Source of the DNA: Amoebophrya sp. A120
Lineage: Eukaryota; Protista; Dinoflagellata
NCBI GenBank assembly: GCA_905178155.1
Contig: CAJINV010000001.1
Location: 5,347,645-5,411,644 of the forward strand
DNA length: 64,000 nt
Reading direction: 5' to 3'
The notes under the pieces are model-generated. The model searched no databases, was not told the origin of the DNA, and worked only from the letters and a program-made list of their open reading frames with translations. The position numbers and the translations under genes are program-made. Shown here piece after piece: positions 13,601 through 23,872 of the stretch (positions are counted from its first letter, which is position 1; each line of letters opens with the position of its first letter).

Positions 13601-16600
13601 CCGGCGTGGCTCGCGAGAGGCGCGAGGTGCAACGCGGTTCGCAGTTGCAACAAAATGCGGAACGAGTTTTCCAGTGCGAGATGCGGAAACGCAAACGATG
13701 CCAGCCGGCCGAACCCCTTCAGAGCCGGCGACGACGGCAGGTCCTGGGATCCTTCCTGCAAGTCCCAGAAAGCCTCAAGGCAGGATGGTGGGTGTTCCTT
13801 CAAGGTTGACTTTGCGGGATCCAGAGCTTCAAACCGATGCGGCGTGACGCCCGCCTCCCACCCTTCCAGCACAATCAACATTGCGAAGGCCAGACACACC
13901 ACGCCGGTGTGCATCCTTGACCCCATGAACAGCCCCAGCGTGACCGGGACCAGCACCGAAAGCAGAAGCCCGGGTAGCCACACGAGGAAAACAAAGGCAA
14001 CCGAGAACCCTCCGCTCGCGAACCACCAGGAGCCGCCGGCAAAGAGGAAGGCGAGCAGAAAAAGAATCCAGTAGGGCAGGTACGGGAAGAGCAGGTAGGC
14101 AGAGATGGACCCGAAGTGGTACGCACCGCGCTGACATCCGTGATGCGTCAGATGCTGCAGGATTCCCTCGTCGCGCTCCTTCTGGTACTGCAAGAACGAC
14201 CGTGACTGCAAGGGCCCGAACGCCTGCGCGATGAGAAAGAAGAAAAAAAGACTCCCGGGCCCGGGAGTCGAACCCGAGAAAATCAGTTTCGTTAGCCCGT
14301 CCTGCCCGAGGCTCAGCGAGCCCCCGTCCTGTGCATATGGATCCGACTCAGTGACCTTGAAGTGGAAGGCGAAAAACCAGAGGGTGGCGAGCACGAGGAG
14401 CGGGAAGACGTGGGACCCGTAGCTCGGAAGCGTTTCCGCGAGGAAGCGGAACTTGAAGACGCTGCTCGCCTGGTTGCCAAAGGTAAGGACCCGCGCACGC
14501 AAGGGCTGACGACTCAGTGCGCGGTCTCGCTCCTGCTGGGCCCGCTTGGCTGCGGGGTCCAACGCCGAGTCCGCCGCGTGCTCCTCGTCCTCTGCCTGTT
14601 CCCCAACAATCTGAAACACCTCCTCCATCGTCGTCTGCTCCACGGTAACCGACAACGCGGGGAACTGCGCCTCCAGGGCGTCCAACAGTGCTGGAATGCG
14701 CACCACCGCAGCCCACGGCACCAGGTAGGCCCGGAAGTAGGCGCTGACGCGGCTGGCCTTCACCTGCACGTCCTCCGGTCGCGCCGTCGGGGCCGCAAAC
14801 ACAACGGCCGCGACGGCCCGCCGCACGTCCTGCTCCAGAATGCGCTGCGCCTCCTGCTCGGACACCGCGCCCTTGGTCACGCTGGCTTGGACCCAGAAGC
14901 CCAGGCCAAACTGGTGCTTCAGCTCCACGCTGCTACCGAGCGCGCGCACCCGCCCAGCCGCCAGAATCACCTTCCGCTCGGCCAGCAAGTCCGCCTCCTC
15001 GAGGTAGTGCGTCGAGAAAACCACCGTCTTCCGCTCCTCGGATACCAGCTTCTTGAGCAACAGCCAGAAGTCGCGGCGCGTCTGCGGATCCATCCCGCTG
15101 GTCGGTTCGTCCATCAAAATCAGCGGCACCTCCTTGCCCAGCAGGGAGCACAAAACCCACATGCGCCGCTTCTGGCCCCCCGACAGCTTCTCGCACAGCG
15201 TGTCGAGCTTCTCGTAGATGCCCAGCTCCCAGGCGTAGCGGTTCAAGCTTTCCGCGATTTCGGCCTCCGGGATGCCGCGCAGGTGCGCAAAATAGACGAT
15301 GTGCTGCCGACAGGTGAAAGCGTCCCACATCGCATTGTGCTGGGGACACAGCGTCACCTTGTGGCGAGCCGCCTCGGGCTGGTCCGCGACGCTGACCCCG
15401 TCGATGAAGATGTTGCCGCTCGTGCGCTGCAGCAACCCGGTGATTTGCCCCACCAGGGTCGTCTTCCCCGCCCCGTTGTGGCCGAGCAGACAGAAAATTT
15501 CGCCGCGATGCACGCTGAAGCTCACGTGGTTGTTCGCGAGCTTCCCGCCGAAACTCTTCGTGAGGTCGTCAATCCGGAGCACGTCGTCCGCGCCGACCCC
15601 TCCGGGAAAAGCTTGGTTGTTCTGCGGCAGGAGCGGCTGCTGCTGGTGCGCAAGAACAACTCCCGCCGGCGTGTTCGCCGCCCCCGCATTCGTCACCGCC
15701 GTGTCTCCTTGCTCCGCCTGGTCCTTGCACCAGAGGCGGTACCGCAGAACCCCATACCAGAACAGGGCGTTCAGTAGGAGCGTCAAGTGGTCACAGATCA
15801 CGAACAGCACGTACGCGCCATTGTTGGCCCCGAGGTCCGCGGCCCCGGCATTGTCGGCGTACTGCTGAATCAGTTCGGGCCGCTCAAAGGACACCACCTT
15901 GCTCCCCTCCGCCCCGGCTCCCAAACGCGTCGAAATCCAGATCGGGCTCTCATCCGGACCAATCAGCGCATCTACGGGCGGGTGCGGATTGCTGGGGTCC
16001 CGCGCGCAGTAGTAAAGCGAGTGCGGCATCAAAAACGAATTCCAAAACGGCCGCCCCTGGGGAAGCTGCCAGTTCAGCAACCCGCTGCCCTCGTCGGCAA
16101 CCGCTTTGGCTGCCGCGGCCGACGCTGGCGTTTCATGTTGTAACTGGCTGCTCCAACCTGGCGACGTCCCCCGGTGCCGCATGTCTTGCAAAACGCGGAG
16201 CAGCTGCGCGCCGCGTTCCATGATGCGCACGTAGCTGAAGCCGGGACAAACCACGCCCGCGAGCATGTTCAGCGCCAGTGGCAGTCCCAGGAACGTGTTC
16301 GGGCACGTGCTTACGAGTCCGGGATCCTTAGCCACGATCATCTCCTCGAGCTTTTCCGTCGCCGCGGCACTATATTCTTTGGTGCCTACTATGTTTATTG
16401 CCTCGAGACTGAAGTTTTTCATGTCCTGTGCGAACGCCGTGGCCAAGAAGGACGCGCCCCGGTTTGGAAGGTAGAGCTCGCCAGTCACGTACAGACCGAC
16501 ACACACGGCACCGTTGAGAAATCCCACCAGGTGAACCGTCGGGCGGTACACCGTCTCTTTTTCGATCGAGACGGCCAGCGTCGAGCTGAGAAAAATCACG

Positions 16601-17202
16601 GCAACAATCACGGGCAGTGGGGCAAAGAACAGGGAAAGCACTTCGGGCCAGGCGTACAACCGCGTGAGCCCAGCGGTGGTCCCGTAGAACAGGATCAGTC
16701 GCAGCACGTGAACCAGCAACAGCGGAACAGCATAAATCAAACCGAAAAAAAACGCGTTCGCGAGCCAGTACGTGCCCCGTGGTAGCCCGTACAGCACCTG
16801 CACGTCGTACAATTTCGTGCCCGTTTCCTCGAAGACCAGATTCCCGAACCCGGTAAACACGAACCACAGGGGCAGCAGAAACGCAAACCACGTCCGAAAC
16901 GCCAGGTCCATTACAAGCATGTTGATCGGCATTGCTTGGTCCAGCCCGCGTCCGATTTCGGCCGCGTCTGTGTCAAAGCACAACGACCCGTAATCAGACC
17001 CCTCCGGCCGTACTGCAGGGCACTCGTAAGAGTTAGCGAGCTGTTTGCTAGCTTCACTTGCACCGCTGCTTGTGTACATCACGACCATCGAGATGATCAT
17101 GATAACGACCAGGATGTACAAACCCAAAAACTGGCACCACCGCCCATTCCTCAGGTGAACGTCCGCGTTCTTGCCGAGAACTGTGCTAAACAAAGACGAC
17201 AT
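10612..17202 (-). CDS. ABCA-subfamily full-size ABC transporter (2196 aa, intronless)
   Basis: TMD-NBD-TMD-NBD layout. NBD1: LLGHNGAGKTT, LSGGQKRR, ILMDEPTSGMDP, STHYLEEAD, LKHQFGLGF. NBD2: GECFGLLGPNGAGKTT, YSGGMKRKLS, VFLDEMSAGVD, LKQVYGNGY, TLEQVFLKFA. These are ABCA signatures. Confidence 0.95.
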   Translation of the reverse strand: MSSLFSTVLGKNADVHLRNGRWCQFLGLYILVVIMIISMVVMYTSSGASEASKQLANSYECPAVRPEGSDYGSLCFDTDAAEIGRGLDQAMPINMLVMDLAFRTWFAFLLPLWFVFTGFGNLVFEETGTKLYDVQVLYGLPRGTYWLANAFFFGLIYAVPLLLVHVLRLILFYGTTAGLTRLYAWPEVLSLFFAPLPVIVAVIFLSSTLAVSIEKETVYRPTVHLVGFLNGAVCVGLYVTGELYLPNRGASFLATAFAQDMKNFSLEAINIVGTKEYSAAATEKLEEMIVAKDPGLVSTCPNTFLGLPLALNMLAGVVCPGFSYVRIMERGAQLLRVLQDMRHRGTSPGWSSQLQHETPASAAAAKAVADEGSGLLNWQLPQGRPFWNSFLMPHSLYYCARDPSNPHPPVDALIGPDESPIWISTRLGAGAEGSKVVSFERPELIQQYADNAGAADLGANNGAYVLFVICDHLTLLLNALFWYGVLRYRLWCKDQAEQGDTAVTNAGAANTPAGVVLAHQQQPLLPQNNQAFPGGVGADDVLRIDDLTKSFGGKLANNHVSFSVHRGEIFCLLGHNGAGKTTLVGQITGLLQRTSGNIFIDGVSVADQPEAARHKVTLCPQHNAMWDAFTCRQHIVYFAHLRGIPEAEIAESLNRYAWELGIYEKLDTLCEKLSGGQKRRMWVLCSLLGKEVPLILMDEPTSGMDPQTRRDFWLLLKKLVSEERKTVVFSTHYLEEADLLAERKVILAAGRVRALGSSVELKHQFGLGFWVQASVTKGAVSEQEAQRILEQDVRRAVAAVVFAAPTARPEDVQVKASRVSAYFRAYLVPWAAVVRIPALLDALEAQFPALSVTVEQTTMEEVFQIVGEQAEDEEHAADSALDPAAKRAQQERDRALSRQPLRARVLTFGNQASSVFKFRFLAETLPSYGSHVFPLLVLATLWFFAFHFKVTESDPYAQDGGSLSLGQDGLTKLIFSGSTPGPGSLFFFFLIAQAFGPLQSRSFLQYQKERDEGILQHLTHHGCQRGAYHFGSISAYLLFPYLPYWILFLLAFLFAGGSWWFASGGFSVAFVFLVWLPGLLLSVLVPVTLGLFMGSRMHTGVVCLAFAMLIVLEGWEAGVTPHRFEALDPAKSTLKEHPPSCLEAFWDLQEGSQDLPSSPALKGFGRLASFAFPHLALENSFRILLQLRTALHLAPLASHAGSGSPSTQCLTMYFSRNWDQMSAESEGPGFVESAWAAVTNQDVESTTPAQEFMKQLYDTCGFSSFLETSPTSFVQTLQRGHGAQNADRGLLTDSATTNATANSKEAVVDYHEAPPPSGVVTFKTLNPDEDTASSAEVGGGAEPEQGDQLSSSGETTSTTSGTEESVQHFGTAAYYFVGSVPEGSPLAVMWGAGVGGKCSAVWSPGSAAFGGVWLPVYVLSFWVLLFFLLEKCLAHRRVTAAGAAREELPRPEPLQDADVAAEEARWPRDRDAVDVQGVYKKFVNPDGKPHWASKGVTLGIQPGECFGLLGPNGAGKTTLFNMMSGNDETGPPNLGSIHWLGKNTADDGFELARQHMGLAPQFDKLWPDVSGRLHLRIYAQVAGLYAEETADHVVEAGPPGGAPLNRPSPLDVEAGGAARARQRSDAGEERISRFLREVGLSEKDADRPTKEYSGGMKRKLSVALTMITDPPIVFLDEMSAGVDISAQRTLWDKLINRPTGQTIVTISHSMSEIDATADRIGILVAGRLKCLGDSLRLKQVYGNGYHLEVVLNLGKQTRKSRSHVLTQECVAPRASLADAQRAIAGGDGGKQARPEGEVSDTDFTEDEFLQMEDGGLSGDVVLAGANILSEKGQLQRGPEGEGSPRSTKNAAGPIKKKKSKSTILDNTAAMPQQRFSQQFRRSVDEKIASPVAGKDELSVETVEMFLVDSLMSYNIGIPRGEIHVLEKTPISSARVRLCLGLGVHVDRAGAAAKGGQGNKSSLRLSSVFKWCVQDPLKIIEDFGVGEPTLEQVFLKFAKEQELHDQAAEGAANGGLDPSHKGAGGPPGFGGKGLPPGGAVGFDPMKGGFPGGGKGGPSPPGMFPVKGGPGGKGMPPGFDPQMKGDPSGKGKGLPPMDKGDPSGKGLPPMNKGDLKGGLPPMDKGDLKGLPPMNKDDPSGKKGLPPMNKGDPSGKGLPQKKGDPGGKAVPPGFFWFDGDPNGKGPPPGFYPINKGGKK
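10615..11130 (-). repeat. Coding repeat: Gly/Lys/Pro-rich C-terminal tail of the ABCA, (GKG)LPPM[ND]KGD(P/L) repeats
   Basis: Near-identical nucleotide units such as gatcacccttrttcatcggcgg between ~10740 and 10960. Confidence 0.9.
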
Positions 17203-18877
17203 GATCCTCTCGTCGAAAGTGTCGATGCAGTAAAAATGTAGTAAACGAATATCCTCCCGGAACCAAGGATAGGTACAAGCGAAAACAGGATTAGAAGTGG
17301 ATGGAAGTTATTTCGAAGTAGCGAGTCTAAAAATGTTCTGTCCTCACTCGGAAAGAGTAAGGGAGACGATTCTCTACTGGGAGACGATGATTCTAAACAC
17401 CAAAGAAAGGGCACGAGAGTTTAGGGTTCCTGAAAGTTTTGGATTTGGATTTACTTTTCAACATCATTATCAATCTTCAAAATGGCAAGTCATGATGTTC
17501 CGCAGTCTTTGAAAAGAAGCACGAGATTCGCACGATACGACGACGGAGTTTCGCTACTACCAGCTAGGACGTATCACGAAGAATGAGTTACTGCTGTTGC
17601 AGTTCAAACGAGCACCACAACTATTTTTCCTACTTGCTACGACAAGAAACCAGCACGACGGTGATGTTTCCACGAAAGAGAAAAGCCGTGCAGGACTTTC
17701 AGCACGAAGGAAACGGCATGATCGCGTACGAAGCAATTCCAAACGTCATGGAGTCTTTATGTTTTTAGGTTTTGCTCCTGCTACTGATTCTGCGCAAGAG
17801 GAGCAGAATCCGTTTTGTCTCAAGAATGAAGTTGGAATCATGTTTCTCTTTCTGTTTTCATTTCACGAACTATGCGTGCAACATCGCATTCACTGCCAGT
17901 TCAGACCGATCGCGCCATTTTTGTGGACGCAAGACCAAAAGGAATTATCGCAGTCTTTCATTGAGCAGTTACAATAAGCTCGTTGAGTCCAACAAAAACT
18001 CATGACAGGCTGACAATGTTGTAAAAATGTCATGCATACCCGACGGACTGCACCACATCAAAAACCTTTGCACCGTCCGTCGCCGCAAGCAGCTTCGGGC
18101 GATGTAAAAATGTCATGCGCACAGCGACGTCAGCGGGCAAAATTTCCGAAGCTAAGTTTTCCGAATTGGCTCCCGACTTTTCCGGCCGGTCAGCAAAAGC
18201 AACGTCGTGTACTGCAGAAGTGAGGCCAGGAGGCGAGCCGCGTACTTACGACGGGTTTCAGCCACAAAAGAGCAATGGCACAGCCAGCGCTCGTCCGAAA
18301 ACAACGCCAAAGGATACGCCACAAACTACCCAGTCGTCGATTACGCCGATGAATGCGAGCGAAAAAAGCACTTGCGCGACACTATGTTTATTTTTCGACG
18401 GGATTGAAATACGACGCTTTTTTCTACTGCCTCCCATCAAATGCAAAAATGCCTTGAAAAATGAGAGCCAACATAGATGTACATCCATATCAATTGGACC
18501 AATTGCGGAAAGGCCGTGAAGTACTTACTTCTTCCATCCATACAGACCCCAGCAATCCAAACGTGACACCGTTTGTTGCAAATGCAATGCCCACACCAAG
18601 CATAGCGCTGATTCGGCGGATGCTGTAGTTGCATTTGCAAGGGCATCACATTGACATACGCACGAAAAAATTCTCGTCTCGGAGCAGCAACACTGGTTAA
18701 AAATAAAAAGCGATGAAAAAAATAAGACCCACACTGAGTAAAAGAAAACGCAATGACTAGAGTGATGTGGAATACTAGCCCGGAACGTCGACAAGCTGCC
18801 CTTCTTTATCATAGACTGGGTGAAAGCGTCCGGCGCACAAGCGGCTGCGGTATGCAGGTGGGTGAAAAAAACGTGCT

Positions 18878-20408
18878 TCAACTCTGTCTCCTCGCAGCGC
18901 AACCGGAGCGGTTTCCAAATCTAAACCAAGTTCGCTCTCGACTTGTGGTCCTTTCCAACGACAGAACGTCATGGATGCTTCCGTAAAAAATCGCATAGGA
19001 ACAACTCAATTGAGCGCCAAAACAGACAAAGACAGGCGAAACGCACTTTTTCCAATCTCGTACCCAGCGCAGAATTATGCCGACATAGAGAAAGTAGAGC
19101 CCCACACGAGCAAGACAGCAGTGGATTCGATGTCTCTTGAGCAGCAAGCTGCATGCGAAGAGCACCACGTCGGCAACCAGCGCCGTGCAGTACACGACGG
19201 CCCAAACACTGTCCCGCGTTGTCTCCTGCTCGCTTTTCGGCTTCCGTTCGTCCCAGGTGTTTGCCACAACAAAGCCCGCTACTGGAACCTGATCGCCGTT
19301 CCAGCTCTTTGATGTTGCCCCATACCCAGCAGTCTGGTGGTACATCAGTGGTTGCTGGTCATTCTGTCTCTGTCCCTGCAGTGCCGGCGCATGATTCGGA
19401 TGATAGTGTGTCGCGTAGCCGTCAGGTCGAAGAGCGCTCTCCTGCGGACCTGGCTCAAACATTCTTGAACCTCCTCCCTTCCAGACATCGCGCGGCGGAG
19501 GTGTCCTACTGCAAGGGCTCCGCTGCCCCGATGAATTATACCTTGTCGGGTAGAAGTTCTCCTTGTTACAACTCATTTCACAAGGACATCCTGCAGGACC
19601 CACATGCTGTGGCGCACCGCCAACTGCTGGATGCATTTTTTTGCTTTCTGGTTTTGTGGACTGAAAATGCGAACTGCTGGACCTTCTGTTCAACATATCT
19701 GCCGGCTCAACATGTTTCCTCCCATACTTGTGCGAGTGATAGGAGGGAGGCTGTGTACCATAACCGCTACCGCTTGATCCTCGACGATGTCGCTCATTAG
19801 TTGTGGGATGTTGATGCGCCGTACCACCAACACCACCAGTACCTACAGGCGTGACCGGCACGACCGGAGACCGCTGATGAGAGTGCTCCGAGGGGCAGCT
19901 TCCACGCGACTGATGGTTGTAGCAGGACACCACGACCGGATTCCGCGGTGAATACGGACTCAATATCTTCTGGTTGAAGGAGCTCGCGTTGGGATTTATC
20001 GAAATGTTGTTGAAGACGACAGGGTTCTCCTCTTGGTCCGTGCGTCTTCGTGGCAGGTCCAGTTGTCCGTTGCTGTAGTCCAACGGCGCAACAGCTCTCA
20101 CTTGTAGTTCGGGTGCTCGTCCGGCTGCAGCCTGTACCACAACTTGCGGAGCTCGTTGTTGAGGACTGTGCACCATCATAGTAGTACTCGGATCATCGTT
20201 TCTTGATGCGACAGCCTGGGCGTGCGTTGCCCGGGCCGCGGATGGATTTTGCGCCGGGTGCCGTCCCTCCGCGGTCGTTGGCGGGCGGTAAAAGGCTTGC
20301 GTTTGCTGCAGCAGGGCCCGCGTCCGGTCGTCCACTGCGTCCTCAGGCTCCGCATCCGGTTCCACTTCCGGCTGGAACTCACCGTTGCTCCTGTTGATTC
20401 CTGACATG
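18878..20408 (-). CDS. Hypothetical protein, disordered N-terminus with hydrophobic C-terminal segment(s); 3' end uncertain
   Basis: ORF 18878..20464 (first ATG 20408, MSGINRS); same strand as its neighbours; no recognised motif. Confidence 0.6.
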
Positions 20409-21205
20409 ATTGCTTCCAAATTGAGTGTGATGTTGTTCTTCAACGCTAAATGCGATATTAGCACTAAAATCGCTAAGAACCTCCTTGGAGAAACTCACGA
20501 CGCATACGTATTCGGAGCATCAAATTGAAATCTTCATCTTCGATAAACATGCATCGGTATATAGAAGCGGAAAAACACCAGTACCTCGTGCAGATCTCCA
20601 AATGTGTTGGCTTCAAAAGGAAAAAATGAACTTGCTGTTCTTGTTGCACAAAAAAGTGCCAATTTGAATTTGATCTCACATATGGAGAAAAATTAGCACG
20701 CGATCTTCAAGGTCACAAATTGACACTTGACAGGAACCAGCAAAGTTGCAAAGGAAAAAAAATCAGTAAGACCGGAACGCAATTCAAATTCTCAAACAGT
20801 CACAGAGAGAAAGCAAAAACGACCGAGGATCACGTCACAGATATTTTGTCACTTTGTCCGTTGTTGGAGAGCATCGTCTGCAAGAGGAGCTCCTCCGACA
20901 CTACTCATGCAATGACGTCGACATTTTTCATACCGGGCTGCGTGTAGGCACAGGTAGCAGTAAACTACCCTGAAAGTTATTTGCGTCAAACACAGTAAAA
21001 ACTAAAATTAAAAAGCGTCGCTATTATCCACCGAGGCGCGACGTCTGCTTCATGTTGCAGCTTTTCACCAGCATAATTCCCTTGCGTTGTACCGCCCAGT
21101 GCTCATAGCGGTGTTCAAACTCTGTCTTCGATTCCGCAAAGAGAGGCCAAACTGAGAAGTGCGAACGCAAGGTGCAGCGGGTCTTCTCTGGCCTACATCG
21201 GCTCG

Positions 21206-22320
21206 TCAATAGTCTGGCGCGATGTCAGGCACTCCGGTTCGATGATCCTCCGATGACATGTACCTGAAAAGTTGTTTCGTATATCGTTCGCCGCACAGGT
21301 AGAGGTGCTCGCCCAAGGACGGTCATTTCTGTACAGCAGAGACTTGCGAAGAAGTACCTGCATCCCTAAAAGTTGACTAGCTCCTCCATCAGTCACGAGA
21401 ATTTCATTGTACCACTCTGTGTATTTCCACATGTCGATCGTCGGTTCCCGGAAGTTTTTTTCTTCGAATTCGCACAGCTGCTCCATGAAACCCAAATTCG
21501 GCGTGATCGCCGCTCGCCGCGAACGCACCAGGAAAAAGGCGTCGTGCAGGGTGTAGTTTAGCTTGGCCATGAGGTACGAAATCACGACGGTGGCCGACCG
21601 GGAGACGCCGGCGCGGCAGTGCACAAAAACGCTCGGATATGGGGCCGAAAGAAAAACTCCTTCACATTTCTTATACGCAATGATTTTCCAGACATGGTGT
21701 GCGCAAGAGATTGTTTTTTGACAGAAACAATTATCTCAATCGTCCTCAAAAAGGTGGGGAACTAACACTCCGATGCATTTTCAGCAACCCAAACGTTTTG
21801 TGAAGTGGCTTTTTCCCTGCATACCTCCTCCTTCGACGTGAACGAGTGAATGAAGTCATGCGCCTCCTCGAAGTACCTGATTGAGCCAAACAGCTTCCAA
21901 CTCTTCAACACAAAAGCAAAACTTGAAGTTTCAACCTTCAGCACACGCAACATGCATGACAATAAACCTCCAAAAATTCCAGTCATCAACACGGTTACTT
22001 TCTATGCGATAGGCATACCTCGCAACTACAGAAAAGTAATTTAAGTTTTAATACAGGTGTATGGGTTCCCGAGACTGGTCCTCGACATCGACGCGAAAGT
22101 ATTTTATATCTGCCTGTTCCTCGGTGACCAAGAATTCCGTGTACGGACAGCAGCAGACCACCGCGACGATCTGGTACTGCCGCAAGACCTCGGGGTCACT
22201 TGCCGTTTCAATGGTCCCCAAATGCCAAATATAGCCGCCGGGGCGGAGGTAGTGAGGTCGTGGGCGTTTTCTTGCCGGCCGTCGCCTTGGCCGCGGCTTT
22301 GCTTTTTCTGGCCTCGCCAT
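21206..22320 (-). CDS. Dual-specificity protein phosphatase; introns 21877-22054 (GT-AG), ~21634-21824 (non-canonical), 21264-21412 (GT-AG); 5' end uncertain
   Basis: LGTIETA...RVDVED(general-acid loop)...HLYFEEAHDFI...VFVHCRAGVSRSATVVISYLM...VRSRRAAITPNLGFMEQL, i.e. the HCxxGxxRS catalytic motif and the DSP C-terminal motif. Confidence 0.9.
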
Positions 22321-23872
22321 ACCGCCGTGAGTAACGTTAGGCCTCACGGTATGGCGGCTGCTTGATGAGCGTCGCAAATTTTGGCAAATTTTCGAAATTG
22401 CCTTCCGAAAGCCAGCCCCCATGCTATGGGGTCGATCCGGGCGCCACGGGGGGCGCCCAAAAAGCGACGAAAAATCGGGCCCATAGCATGCGGATTGGCT
22501 TTGCGCGTCTGGCGCGCTTTTTCTTTTTTGCGTTTGTATTTTTCTCGCCGGCGCTTTTTGCAAAGCTTCACGGGCTCTAAAACCGGCGAAAAGGCGGCCG
22601 CTTTTGCGGCTGCCCAAAATGCTCCGAAATCTCGGCCGTGCCGTGCTGTTTCGCTGTTCTGATTTTGGGCGCGTTTTTTTCGGGCGCCCTTTTGGGCGCC
22701 CCAAATCGCCAGAAACTAAGGCGGTGGGCGCCTGAGAAGGGCGCCCCTTTTGCCGGCTCCCCTGCGTCGTTTTATCCAGTGCGAATCGATAGAATCCGCT
22801 CGGGCTTTTTTGCCGCAAACGCCCCGGCCGCTTGATAAGTGAAAACTTTTTATGCTCAAAAACACTTCCGGCCGCTTCAAAACTGCCGGTCGTTTTTCAC
22901 GTTAGGTGGCAAAAAAACTCCCCGGTTAGAACCGTTCGGTGACCTCACTACATAAAAATGAGGAACGATCAAGTCCAACATTCGTCATTTTGGGGTTTCG
23001 GAACCAATGCTGAAAGGTGTTGCTCCTTGTGACACAGGTTTGCATGAAACACGCAGCGGCTGGCGAGGTGTATTAAACAATTCTGAAACGACGACCGCAG
23101 TCAGCTGCCCCGTGAGAGTTCGACCGTGGCGTAAGCGAAACTGGATTAATGTTGCCGGACGTGTTGTAACTACAGGCTGCACAGTGACCATCGAAGATCA
23201 TGGAAAAAATGCGCCGGGATAAAAGTGGCCGAACTCCAGTTTGCTATAGCCATGCCAGCTACCGCTGCCGGTATACCTTTCGAAGCTCGACGTGGAATTC
23301 TGAGCAGCTGGTGAGGCGGCCATTGCGGAATTTGTAGTTTCAGAGCAGAAGTTTCCCGTCGTCAACATTTTTGGCAGGATGCGGGGTACTCAAAAACCAT
23401 TTAGACAAAAAACAAAAACGATGGTTGTAAAAATTGCGTTCGAAAGCAGCCCAAGCGAAATTATTAACCAAAATGAAGCAAAAATCTAGACTGCACAAAT
23501 GGAAACTTGAAATTTTGTTTTTTGTAAACGCGGTGAAGAATGGGTCACGACCGACACAGCACAGGATCTCAGACGCAATTTTGGACATCTACACCCGACC
23601 AACCTGTAACTACACACGCAATTCAGAGTGATGAACAAAGAACATTTTCCTCCATATGAACGGCCGCAGCCGCCTCCATGCACGGGAGAGCACGAGTCGC
23701 AACTTTGCGTGCGGATCGAGCACCGTTCGAGACCTCGCTCGGTGTCCACAGGAGAACGCAGTCAATTGCATTGATTTTCATCGTACAAGACAACATACAA
23801 GACTGGTCTTCGGAAGTAATAGCGCAATTTCACTGCGGTGCCTTTGGATTAAGTGTAGTTGCTTTGTCCATA

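Noticed and set aside
11146-15777. Long plus-strand ORFs (716 aa, 471 aa) and similar ones elsewhere
   Set aside because: Antisense shadows of GC3-rich minus-strand genes; no motifs.
21881-21890. TTTGGCTCAA on the minus strand, resembling the 3' end of the dinoflagellate spliced leader
   Set aside because: Only 10 nt, inside an intron, not upstream of a start codon.
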